NCBI GenBank assembly: GCA_002633005.1
Contig: NMRA01000148.1
Coordinates: forward strand, 124,001-188,000
From: Phoronis australis
Taxonomy: Eukaryota; Animalia; Phoronida
Length of the DNA stretch: 64,000 bases
Direction: 5' to 3'
In this document: positions 13,001 to 25,900 of the stretch, piece after piece
Layout of the letters: every line of letters begins with the position of its first letter
Position numbering within the stretch: the first letter of the stretch is position 1
Position numbers and translations under genes: made by a program
Notes under the pieces: model-generated
The model's input: only the letters and a program-made list of their open reading frames with translations
Told to the model about the DNA's origin: nothing
The model's database searches: none

Positions 13001-15471
13001 TTTCGCAAATGATCATTCACACCAAATGAATGCTTTACAAGTTTCAATCTCTGTACATGATCTGCGGTTGATGCCCTGAAGTCAAATCTCCAAACTTGAA
13101 CTCTCAACTAATTTTTGTTTTTTCTGTATCACCTTTGATCTAAATTGGTTTTGGATTTAAGTGCACTGTGATTCTCCCAAATGTGTACAGTGTTAAAGTT
13201 TGCACCCAATGACCCCCAAACATGAGTTAAACTCAAGATTTCAATTTTGAGCTTGATCTGTAGCTTTAATGCTGGAATCATCAAGTGCAAACTCACATTA
13301 TGTACTCATTTCTGTAAATCATGTACTTGAATACAAAGTTGAGGGCGGTTGTCTTCAATTCATGTTCAAATAGATGTTTTTGTGATCGCGTGCTTCACAT
13401 GTAAAGCAAGGAAATATCTTGACATGAATTCTTGTGTGATCTTACATGTTCGCGAGTGTTTTTTGCCTTTGGGACTTTGGAGATGGGGTGGGGCCCTTTG
13501 TCTTGTTTGACTTTATTTCGAAGTCAAAGATGAAATCTGGGTAGTGTTTGGTAGACACAAGAATCTGGCTAATGAAGTTAGTTTGATCTCATGCTTCGTT
13601 TGGAGTACATTCTGAGTTCTTGCTAAGTCTTGTCAGTTTTTACTTTTCCCCAACAAACTATGTCTACAGAATCCATGCCAGGATTCGGGGTCTTATTTCC
13701 TAAGTCAAATGTCAGTTTCAATTTTTTAACAAATTTTTTACTTTAGTCATGGTCAAGTGTCTGGTTGAGTACATTTTGCAAACTCAAGGTGTCTATGGTT
13801 ATGTGCTCAAGTTTATGGTTTATGCAGATGAATTCACCATCCAAGTTCACACTTGTTGACCCCAGATTTAAGGTGCAAACTAGATTTCAAACTCACGATT
13901 TCAAGTTAGACTTATTAAACTTACTTATAGCTGTAATCTGGAGTGATCAAGTGCCAGTTAAAAGCTCCTGCGTAAACCATAATGTAATTAAGCACAAAAT
14001 TACACTTACCTTGACTTTTAACTAAAGTGGAAGAGAAATTTAAAAAATTATTTGGAGATCGAATATTAGATGGTGAGTCGTGGTCAGGTGATTAAGTACT
14101 GAGTCGTGGTGAGGTGATTAAGTACTGAGTCGTGGTGAGATGATTAACTACTGAGTCGTGGTCAGGTGATTCAGTACTGTGTTGATTTTCTTTCCTTGGC
14201 TAGTCACTACCAGAGTCAGTAGGAAGTGACGGACACAACTCCATCAACAGCATGCCTGCGTCAGACTCCAGCTGGGAGAACGTGGATGGTGACAACGGAA
14301 TGACCAGCTGGCAACCGGACCATGCGGCCACCCACTGTGGCTGTTGTCACCGGGAGTTCTGGGCCATTCGACGGAAACATCACTGCAGGTACGTGGTTGC
14401 ATCCATCTCATTGCTCTGCCACAGATTTCATTGTTCGGACGTCCGTAAGCTCTAATGAAAGCAACTGGGAAAGAAGTGAGGGAAGTAGGAATGGAAAAAT
14501 TATTTGGTACACAGACAAATTTGATTTCCTCAAAATTTTTTGCTGGCAAGTCGCCAATGTTTCCCCCCTTCCAAATTCTCCATGTTTCTAACCTGGATAC
14601 CATAGGTGTGTGTGGAGCAAGCTGCATACGATTGACCTTCCACAGCGTAAGTCTTTTGAGCAGACAAAAGTGGTGTAATGGCGGATGAAGTTATCTACTC
14701 TGTGTGTACGAGCTCATGCAAGCAGTTTACTCTCATGTTAGGTGCACAACGTTACTGTTTTCTTCGTTTCTGCCTTCACACTTCTGTTTGTTTAGTCACG
14801 CACATGTTCAGTTGGGGCAGCTTCCTGTGTGGACACAACTTTAGGAATCATTGTATTCTGTCTGAGATCAGTATTCCACACTTAGGATGTGTTCCATAGA
14901 TGCAATCAGTATTGAACACTTAGGATGTGTTCCATAGATGCAATCAGTATTCAACACTTAGGATGTGTTCCATAGATGCAATCAGTATTGAACACTTAGG
15001 ATGTTCCATAGACGCAAGACACTGATGAAAAAGCAAGATTGTGCGTGACCATATTTAATGACATCAGTATGGTCAAAACTTTAGCTGAGTACACTAGCAA
15101 AATGGTGGCCACTGAGGTGATTGGTCGGTGAGGTTGGAATGTTGAATTGTGGGATAAATTTCACTGTTTCAGTTTCAGAATTGAAGATTTCTTGCGACAA
15201 GTGTCTAGCGAGTCTGTTGTGTCTACAAAACGCACCTCAGCCACAATCTGTACAAATTCTCTGGGCATAAGGCTGGCGGTGCGCCTGCGGGAAAGGTGAA
15301 TTGTACAATTTCCTTTTATTTTTCAGAAACTGTGGTTACATCTTCTGCAGTGACTGCACTAACTACTTCATGGCAATCCCTGAACAGCAGCTGTTTGGCC
15401 ATCACCGTGTCTGCAAACAGTGCCATCTATTGTTGAACAGTGCAACCGACTCCGACGACAAATCTGTGTGA
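1049..15471 (+). CDS. MTMR3: Myotubularin-related phosphoinositide 3-phosphatase, MTMR3/MTMR4 type (5' end lies before the window); PH-GRAM end, phosphatase domain, low-complexity linker, coiled coil, C-terminal FYVE
   Basis: Phase-consistent GT-AG exons: 1049-1212, 4131-4227, 5496-5609, 6768-6889, 7965-8178, 9464-9659, 10256-10441, 11035-11202, 11660-12412, 12721-12933, 14204-14388, 15327-15471 (TGA). Motifs: [52 protein letters not shown], intact catalytic HCSDGWDRT (~9576), [51 protein letters not shown]. Probably co-orthologous to vertebrate MTMR3 and MTMR4. Confidence 0.95.
1967..2230. mobile_element. Tc1/mariner-like MITE, same family as 62970-63207
   Basis: Shared internal sequence and the ..tcttgtactg|ta end; a more diverged copy lies at ~2627-2883. 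Confidence 0.65.
4285..4394. repeat. ~110-bp palindromic element; second copy at 46299-46405
   Basis: atagtcacttgcagg..ttttgagaaccagtt..aactggttctcaaa..aagtggccactgcc; the same structure occurs at 46299-46405. Confidence 0.7.
14075..14179. repeat. 26-bp tandem repeat x4
   Basis: Unit gagtcgtggtgaggtgattaagtact, ending ~25 bp before the acceptor of the first FYVE exon. Confidence 0.9.
14867..15012. repeat. 38-bp tandem repeat x~4
   Basis: Unit atcagtattgaacacttaggatgtgttccatagatgca. Confidence 0.9.
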
Positions 15472-18093
15472 CTGGCGAGGCCATAACTTCAAGCGGTTAA
15501 AATGAGTTGGAAGATGAAGTAGTGAGTTTTCAAAACTATTCCTACCAGTGATGCCACACATTTATCTCATGTTTCCCATTCAGGGGTTGTACTTTTGAGT
15601 TGTAATCAGTGACATTGGAAAACCCTTATAAATCTGATCTGGTGCATTTTTCAAGTCATTTACTTCGGCTTCTGTTGGCCCCTTCCTCGTACAAAATAAA
15701 AACTTGAATGTCTTCTGGGAAGGTGCTAGTTTTAGGACTTGTAGCTGGTTTAGTTGACAGAGAGCTCTTGTGATAATGTTGCAAAGGCAGTGATCAGATG
15801 TTGAAAATATCTACTCTCAACATTTTACCACACACTCACACTAATAAGACACTACCAAACATTTGGCAGTAATTGCCAGCTTGTTATAGCTGTTTTACTA
15901 TCGGGATTAATTCTGTTGTCAGGATTGTTTTCGTATAGAAGGAACATAGAGTTTGGTTATTATTTTAGAGAGACATTGTTTTAGTGCAGATCAATCTTTT
16001 TTGTTTGAACATTAGCAAGGTTTAGTACAAGCTATGAGAACATTTATTAAATACCCAGATTCAGTTGATGTTTCAAAGCAGTTGTTTTATACGATGCAAT
16101 ATGTGTCCCTTCTAGACTTGTTATGCCAACAAAAATATTTTGGTTCCTTTATCTATAGTTTATTTTTACATCTGGAGGTGCAAGTATTGTAACTTTTTAA
16201 GCAGTTGGTTTTTAGAGTTTGACGAAATATGAAAGTTCACATTCTGGTTCTGGGAATTCATTCATCCTGGAATTACAAAAATTTGCAAGTTGTATGCTTT
16301 GACTGCAAGGCCAAAAAGTATAATTGGTTCTGTTTTTTTGAGAATCGATGTGGTGGTGCGGTATTTTTTAATTATACATTTTATTAAAAAGGTCACCTGA
16401 TATGAGTGGTACAGATTTTTCCCCCTGTTTCAGCAGTCCATTGATGTGATCGGCTGTACTTGGTGTGATTCAAAATGGCATCACTTGCCTTTGGAAAGCC
16501 TTCTTTTATCCTCTGACGTCATGAAAACACTGTTTTTCTTGCGCCCACATTTATGTAATTCTATGTACGTGGTATTTGGCATATGCTGTGCCCCCTAGTG
16601 ACCTTTGTATATTACATGATACAAATCAACATCCCTTGAAGCAGTCGTGAGCGCATTTCAACGCTTTGCGTTGCTCTTGTTTTTCATTTAACTGTTACAA
16701 AGTGATTAGGGTGCAGATCAGAACCAATTATTCTAGTTTGTGGCCCTTGTAATAAATATCAAACCATATATTATGTGTTTTAATGGCAGCTTCTGCAACT
16801 TACAGTTGAATATTGCTTTAAATAGCAAACAAAAAATGGGAAAATCTCATCAATACATGGTTGTAAAACATTGATATGTAGGCATTTGCATCTTAGTGCA
16901 AACTTGTGCCGGAGTTTGATTATATTATTTCAGTTTCCTTAATGTGAAGAAAATGGTGAAACGCGTACACCTTTTGGGATTGTGGAGATACGCACGTGAC
17001 AATGTTCATGAGAATATGAATAAATATTGTAAATGAAAAGTGTTGTTCAGGCAAAACAAGAATGTGGTTGTGAAACTTGTTGCAAAATGAGAAAGTTTCA
17101 AACTGTCTTGAATTTCTGTCCTTTACCCATTGTTGTCTTTCATATCCTTTACTTAGTTAAAGTTGCCATAAACTGACCTAGGGAGTGCTCACACATTAGG
17201 TCGTCCCCCCCATGTCATCACCTGTCATATTATATCCCCCCATCCAGCTTCTAATTACATCATCACAGCCAATCCCCCTGTTAAGGGCAGTGATAGAATG
17301 AGCCTGTAGTCTATCTGACGTACATGTTTATAAGGTAAACCTAGTGAAATATGATTAACTCTTGGAAGCGTAAAACGGCGGGTTCCCGTTTTGGAGTTCG
17401 TAAATTCCACTAGAAGGTGAACCAGTTCCCAACCATGTGTACTGTGATGGAGATATAATAAACCATGCAAGGTCACCATGAGTTGAACCTCCTCGTCATA
17501 AATCGTCGTCTTTCCAAACCCTGCCCCCCCCCTTGAATGATGACGTAATATGTCAACTCTACCTACTGAAAAAAGTAACTTGATAGTTAGACCACTTGAT
17601 GTTATAAAGTTGGTCTCAAGTTCTCCTTTACTAAGTTTAAAAGTTGGTGATTTCTGGTATTGAGAAGTGTTCTTGCTCATTACTAGGCTCGGGGAAGTTG
17701 GCTTGACCTGAAGGGTCAATGGGTCATTTTAGAAGTCAAACTTGGCCTCTTTCAATAAGGAGCAGTCTGGTCTTACGGAGCCCAGATATTACTGTAGTCT
17801 GAGGAGGAACAAGTCTAAACTAGTTTTATACGAGACCGGCGACTCTTATCGCCACCTGGCGGTACGAGGAGATATTACTTCCTTGATGCGAGTGGCATGA
17901 GAGAACATGTTATTTACTTTGTGGAAAGATGCTTTAACAGACGAGTGTACATGATTAAACCTGGTGCTCTTTACATGAAAGTGAAATTGCCTCATTCTCC
18001 AGAGGTCTCACTAGTATCCTGTACCATGTGATCAGTCACGAGGTTGATTCATTAAGAACTTTCTGTATGAAGTAACATTTACTTTGTGTAAAC

Positions 18094-18294
18094 CCACGCC
18101 CACCTCTTCTATTGGGATATTCTCTGGTATAAGACCAACCCACCTCTGCTATTGGGTTATTCATTTGTATAAGACCACACCCACCTCTGCTATTGGGTTA
18201 TTCTCTTGTATAAGACCACACCCACTTCTGCTATTGGGTTATTCTCTTGTATAAGACCACACCCACCTCTGCTATTGGGTTATTCTCTTGTATA
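18094..18294. repeat. 41-bp tandem repeat x~5
   Basis: Unit ccacacccacctctgctattgggttattctcttgtataaga. Confidence 0.9.
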
Positions 18295-19975
18295 ACTAGA
18301 CGCCCACTATTGGCACACCTAGTCAGATATAAGCCTGTCTCCACGTTGGTGTTGTTGTTGCACACAAGTCCATATACTCTGGCACAAGTCCTTCCCCAAT
18401 TTTGAGTTACTCTTGCATATGACCTCACCGCCACTATTTAGGTGTTTGCACATATTTTTCTTGAAATTTACTGAAGGCTTTTTAAAATCATAAACATGTT
18501 CTCACGTCGCATGCATGAGCAATATGAAGTGTACCTACTTGTACTGCAGCTAGGTGCAGAACTTTGTGTAGTCTTAAAACAAATGATCTTATGAAGGGTG
18601 ATCCATTAATTAATTTTGTTTATGATTACTTGAAAACATTTTGTAAGCAGGAGCTGAATGGAATTTTTTTCAAGTTACTATTTTCTGTTTAGCTGGCTAA
18701 AAATAAAAATCGAATTCAACCTTTTACTCAAACTCATAATTTCAGGTTCCAAATATTCCTTACTGGCGATAAGATTTGCAGTTTTAGGGTTGGTCAATCC
18801 CAACAAACTGAAGCGTTTCTTGAGTTGCTGATGGTTTGGAAGTTCTTGTTGGTAATGGAAATGAAACCCTTTCACGGAATGGAGTGTTACAAGACAGTAA
18901 AATTATCAATTTGATTTTCTTTTTGTCCATCTAAATGGGACGAAATGCAGCTTAAAGTTTTCTGATGGCTGTTGTTTTGTCCATCGAAGCATTGGCCGTT
19001 TCAATAAAAACTGCAAAATAAAAATGTTCGCAATCCCAGCATTTTTGAAATGTTGTTGCACCAGAGAGAAAAATGAGCGAAATACAGCAAATGCTTTACT
19101 TTTTATTGAGCTCTCAAAAGAGGCCTTAAACCCATGCACAAAATAAGTCGAGACGTTCTACATGAAATCAGCTGCCATGTGATCACAGTTAATACACACT
19201 CAAACTCCTCATCAATATTAATCACAAGAAAAGCCCAAATTACAAAAACCTGGGTTTAATTCAAAACATTGAGTTTCTGAAATTAAGAATTAACTTTTAG
19301 TTCATAATTATGGTACAGAGATGAACATTTTCATCAGTATTGCTAAAAGCAGTCCTGATTGTCGACTGAACAATCACATTATTAAAACCAGAGACTAACT
19401 ATTCCTTAGTAATCCTTATTTAAAACAATGCACAGCAATATTGGCAACATGATAAAATATTAAAAACAAGAAACTAAGTCTCTCTGGCAATAGTCCATAA
19501 CTAAGATCCAAAAGCTTAATAACCAAATCAAATCACAACAATATATCGGATAACACACCGGCTTAAAGCAGTTGAAACACGTTACAAAACCTATAATGGG
19601 TTGCTACATCTACTTGTCTTTTAGCCAATGTAACACAACATTACATTTGTTGAATTCTGATTTTCAGTATTTAGTAAATCTTGATATCAAATAATACAAA
19701 GCTTATATGACACTTAAAATGACACAAATATAATCACACTGAGAGTGTTTTGTTTACCAAACTTCATCATAACAAACGGATCTTTCAATTACAAATACAT
19801 AATTTACAACTTCCCAAATGTACCAATTTTACGATGACTATAAGTAAATATCCCTCAATATCACGCAGTGACTATATGCTAAATTACCGCCAGTCAACGC
19901 AGAAGAATTTTGAGTTTCTGGAATGTCAAACTCACACAAAAGCCCTCATTTAGTATCCCCATGGCAATGCACCAT

Positions 19976-22900
19976 CTACATGTTTTCAACCCTGGCTGAC
20001 AAATTGTCCAGTTCGCTGCTAATTTCCACAGGTAAGTCCTTATTCACCTGTTCATCAAAATACTTGTGAATCTCTTTGCACTCTTGTTGCCAGAACCCCT
20101 TCGGCAGACTAAACAGTGTATTCATATCCACACCATCCTCAAGACCGTCCAGCCTCAACGAACCCTCACTTGGCACATAACCTATTGCTGTTTTCGTGGC
20201 ACATTCCTCATTTTCCGTTCGACGACAGATCCAGTCTAACACACGGACATTCTCACCAAATCCTGGCCACAGGAAGCCACCGCTAGGGCTCTTGCGGAAC
20301 CAGTTGACATGAAAGATCTTTGGAAGCTTGCGCCCGTCCTTCTCCATACTCAACCAGTGCTTGAGGTAATGGCCGAAGTTGTAGCCAAAGAATGGTCGCA
20401 TGGCAAACGGATCATGCATAATGACTTTGCCTGGAAATAATAAAAGAATTGTCAAATGAGAAAAAAATAAAGAAGGGCAAACCACAAAATAACAGCTAAG
20501 TCAGCATAATCGGTGACATATTTTATGTTCATAATAACAAGAGAATGCAGATCGATTGCGTACATTGGAAGATTCAAATTACTCAACACACCATTACTGT
20601 GAACAGCACATCTAGATAGTAGATTTCAAACTGCAGCTCAATTTTCAAAATCCACATTCTAGATTCTCGACAAATCCTCCAAAGCAAATCTAAGTTCATG
20701 TACACAAAAGTACAACAGAGTCCCTTATTACAAACCTTTGTGTTCTGCTGCTGCTGTAGCCTCAGATCTCATGGAGGCGCCAATGAACACACCATGTCTC
20801 CAGTTGAACGCCTCGTACACCAGTGGTACACCTTCGGGCCGTCGACCACCAAAGATGATGGCATCAATCGGAACCCCTTTCGGATCCTCCCAAGCAGGGT
20901 CCATGGTCGGACACTGACTAGCTGGCGTGCAGAATCGCGAGTTGGGATGAGCAGCAGGCTTAGATGATTCAGGCGTCCATGGTTCATTCAGCCACGATGT
21001 GACAGTGACATCTGGAGGCAGGTTTGCATCCATTCCTTCCCAGTAGACCCCACCATCACTGGTCTCGGCAACGTTAGTATAGATGGTGTTCTTGGAGATT
21101 GTGGCCATTGCCATGGGGTTTGTCTTGTCAGAAGTGCCTGGTAATAAGCAAAGCAAGGTTAGAATGCTACACTATTAACAAACATTATAACCATCATTAC
21201 ATGCATATAAGAAAGTGTGTGTTTAAAAATAGTATTGACAACTACAGTCATGATCATGCCTGTTATAAAAGTGATTGCTTTCACTGACCAAGCCATGTTT
21301 ATACGCACACACATCTTTTAGGAAGCATTGATGAACATGTTTTTCTAGAATTCAACATTCTCTCCAATTTATATCCCAGCAGCAATTCATGTTTATGACG
21401 TAGCTCATGTGGGTCTACCACAGTCAGACAAAGGGTTTGAATTTTCAAGGGTGACACACTTGGTTCTCTTAAGTATGAGGTTCTACCTGGTGATAATTTA
21501 CAATACACAGTCACACTATGCGTCAACAAACCATGTGGCCTATTTCATGAAAAGTGACTTTCAGAAATTGGGTCTTACACTTCACACAACAATTTTTCGC
21601 TTATACAAATGTTCTAAATCTCTGAGAATATGTCTATAACTGATAACTACAGGGACAATTTGTATGAATTATTTCTAAGCTATGATGTGCCAATAATAAC
21701 AATAATAACAATAATAACAAGGCCAAACCTTTATTCAGTAGTGAAGTGGGACCACAAGACCAAATCTCTGATTTGTCGCTTTTCATAAAATGGACACCTG
21801 GTTTGCAATGTTGGCTCACTTTTTACAAGCTTACATTCCACGAGTTCCATGTTAGATGAGCTGTTTTAATAGTAGACTTGGCAACAGCGAAGTATTTTAG
21901 AAAAGCACTGGGAAGGTTGTTGCAATGAGGTTCAATTTTACTATCAAGAAGCTCGTGCGACTGGTGTTGCAAAATTTATATTCAAAAGAAAAGAACAGAC
22001 TCGTAAATTGTGTCTATATTTCAATTTTTTATTTTTTTATTTTTTTTTTTATTATCCTTTACAAACAATTACAAAAACAAACAAACAAATAAGTACACCA
22101 TTCATTCACGCATGCACACCTCAGGAAGACCATTCTCATATCTCGTTTAAAGTAAATATCTTCTACATGAACTTAACATGAAAAATAAATTTTTCCCATT
22201 TTGCAGAGAAGCTGTCATGTACAAAGTTGTTATGTGCATTTAATTTTTCAGCATTATAGTANACTTTTAGACGCAGGGCTTTCCAGATATCTACGGGCCA
22301 TAGCGAGTTTTAAAGCTTTGCTGAAAGTATGCATATTAACCATATTTCAATTTTTTACGCGGCATGAATTTGCATCAAAATCCAATTGCAAATCTGCAAC
22401 AATTAGCACACGATTGAATGGTTTGGATTAAAAAAGAGCTCCTTACCTGGAGCCACCCCAAAAAACCCAGCCTCTGGGTTAATGGCTCTCAACTGGCCAT
22501 TGTCGTCAAATCTCATCCACGCGATGTCATCCCCAACACACTCCACCTTGAAGCCAGGTAACGTAGGTAACAGCATGGCAAGATTGGTCTTACCGCAGGC
22601 GCTGGGAAATGCTGCAGCCACATATTTCTTCTTACCCTCTGGATTTGTAATTCCAAGAATCTACAAAGAACAAAATAATGGTGCCGTTTTCTAGACGCTG
22701 AAAATAGCTTTGATGTTCAACTTACAGTGAATGATCTTCACAACAAGATTTTGATGTTCAACTTACAGTGAAGTGAGCTTCGCAACAAGATTTCAAATTT
22801 GACAACTAGATTCCACTAGTAGCCTTGACTGATGTGCTGGAAAATTTGCAAACCCACCGACCCACAAGATCATATTCCTCTTCCCACTCTTCTTTATGTA

Positions 22901-25900
22901 ACACTTTACATGTCCTCTCTTCTTGTGTAAAAATGTGGCATATGTTGCAACCAATGTAAAATGACCTGGGGCCCGTTTCAAGAAAACTGACAGCTAAGAC
23001 AAATCTTAAATTTCAGTCAATTTTAAGACAAAATTTAAATTTGTCTCAAGTCCTTTTCAAGAAAGAGGTCTTAAGTTTTTGACTGAAGTTTTGTCTTAAT
23101 TTTGACTACATTACCAGATGTGGAAGTTTCAAAGTTTGGAAGTTGAGACAAATCTTGGACTCGAGTCAAAAATGAACTTCAGTCAGTTTCTTGGAATAGG
23201 CCCCAGCACTCCAACTTGAATTGTGCAGGTAAATTTGTAACAATGACAACATTTAAATTCTCACCAACATGTGTTCAGCAAGCCAACCTTCGTTTTTGGC
23301 GAGAATGCTGCCGAGGCGAAGAGCAAAGCATTTCTTCCCAAGCAGTGAGTTTCCACCATAGCCGCTACCAAACGAATTGATTTCGTTATTTTGTGGATTG
23401 TGAGCGATCAACACTTTGGACGGATTGCATGGCCAATTGGCTTTCGGTGGCTCTACAAAGTAAAGACAGAATTACACAAACAATCTTAAACAAATTTCCA
23501 TGATTCCCTCTTGGTGTATTTTTATTTTCAGATGTAATATTTATTTTGAACGTGTTCCTTTTCCAACAAAAGTAGCACACAATTTTCACTAAGCAAAGTA
23601 GCGAAATGACTAGCAAAATGAGGACTTTTTATTTATAATAAAATTTGCTATAAATTTTCCTTCTCTGAGTTTTTATCTTTTCTCATTTTCCATGAGTTTT
23701 CTACATATAAAAACTATTTTTGTCATTTTCCAGATGGAAACCATGTTTTTATCATCTAACAAGTGCACAAGACATTCAGTTTATTAAACTTGTCTCTTCC
23801 CTATGCAAACTTTCAATCACCACCTCATGAAAAGTCAGACAACAACTTATATTATTGCACCTGTGAGTTTCAATTCTCATATTATTGAAATAAATATTTA
23901 GTTATCAGTAAATTCAGTAAATTGCACCAACTGGAAACTTCTACTGAATTCTTCGGCAGTTTTCAGAAGCAATCTCCACCTCTCCTCCCCTTTGAAAAAC
24001 CAGGAATGCAAGGTGCACTCTAAACACAACTAGACGCCTAAAAGTAAGAGTACAGTAGACTGTGTTCAACCCACCTGACATGGGGAGTGGGGCACCCACT
24101 GAGTGGGTAGCACGGATGAAGCTGTCGTTTCCCAATGTGTCCAGAACCTGTTTACCCATGCGTGTCATGATTCGCATACTGGCCACGACATAAGCGGAGT
24201 CTGTCAGCTGTATGCCAATTTTGGACAGCGGTGACCCCACTGGGCCCATGCTGAATGGGATCACATACATAGTGCGACCTGCAATGGGAAAAAGGTAAGA
24301 GCGTAATGTTCTTGCACACACAGTTTCTAAGAAGTTTCCCGAAGACAGAAAAACATAAAATTACTAATGAAATGTGAAATTCCATGTTAGGCACATACAA
24401 ACAATTTTTTGTTTAATGGTCAATAAAAGCCAGAAACAAAACAAAGGAAATTTATTGCAATTGTACCATAAAAGTGCAGTCAACAAAAAGATAGTAAAAG
24501 TAGACATAATAGTTAAGCAATAACCTACAAAAAACAACAGGTCTTATTTAATACTCATCTCACATTACTTCATAGCAAAAAGTAATCACCATTACCATCC
24601 AACAGGAAAACATTACCTGCCATACAGCCAGGAAACCTGTCATTCATTGCATTCTCCATGTCACCTGGTGACATCCACTTGCCCAGAACCCCCGTGACCC
24701 CTTCCTTGGGGATGGGAATGGTGTCCCTCTCATTAGCTGTGGTGATGACTGTTTTACTCTCAACCCTAGCGACATCTGCAGGATCTGTCCGAGCCAACCA
24801 GCTATAAGAAGACACACATGACTAACATCAAGACTTCAGCACAGTATTTGTTATGATCCGCTGCATTTCATTAATTCATGCGGTGGCCATTTTGTTCGGG
24901 CAGCCCGTGAAGCAGTTTGAAATGAAACATCTAGTACCAGGTGGTTTGTAACATCACACAATTCCAAAGTAATTTAACCATATGTCTTAGAAGCTTCATG
25001 ACAGCAGTATAAGAGCATGAGGGTATATTGAGAGATGGGCAGTGCTAGTAGCGTTTTTAGATAAAAAATCCAAACTTGTGGAGTTGAGGAAAGATGCAGG
25101 CTGTTCAAGCAATAATTATATATAAACGGTTGTTTGGCAAATACAAACAATAGTGAGCTAGCCAAAACTTGATAAGCCTTCTAAATAAAATGTTCATGTC
25201 AGTCATGCTAGAAGCAAACAACACATAACTTTTAAGTTGTTAAAGACTATTTCTATTTGTTTATACATGAATTGCCTTGGCAACCATTTTGAATTATCAC
25301 AATTGTTCTAATAGTTATGATACATCTTCTATACTTAAATCATCAGAATTTCTGTGGTAGATATGTGACTTCCTCGGTTTAGTACACAGTTGCAATTCCA
25401 TAATAGCTGGTTACAATGACAACGGCACACATTCAACTGTGACAACTTCCCCAAGTCTCCAGAGAGTGGCATTAAAAATGCTTTGAGCATGGTTGCCAAC
25501 TGCTAATATGACTGCCATAGCGTCTAAAATACCCTATTACCATTATAATTATACCCAATAATTCAACTTAGCGACATCTCAAATTTTCAAAGGAGTCAAT
25601 TCAAGTATTCTGGACATGGTTGCCTGCTTCTAACAAGACTGTCCTCAAACCTGAACTTGTTGATTTGGGCTAGCAAAATACCTGGTTACCATGGCAACAG
25701 TACATATTTCAGCTTGGCAACTTCCCAGGTTTCAACAAAGGGTAACTACGAGTACTTTGAGCACAATTGCCTGCTTCTAACACGACTGTGCCATCAAACC
25801 TAAAATTGATGATTTTGGCAAGCTGACATGAAGTTTTCAAATGTGCACGACAAAAAAAATCCATTTGAGTATTTTAAATTCATTCAACAGAATCTATATT

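Noticed and set aside
16514-16521. Perfect CRE TGACGTCA
   Set aside because: Lies in the presumed MTMR 3' UTR, far from any promoter; likely chance.
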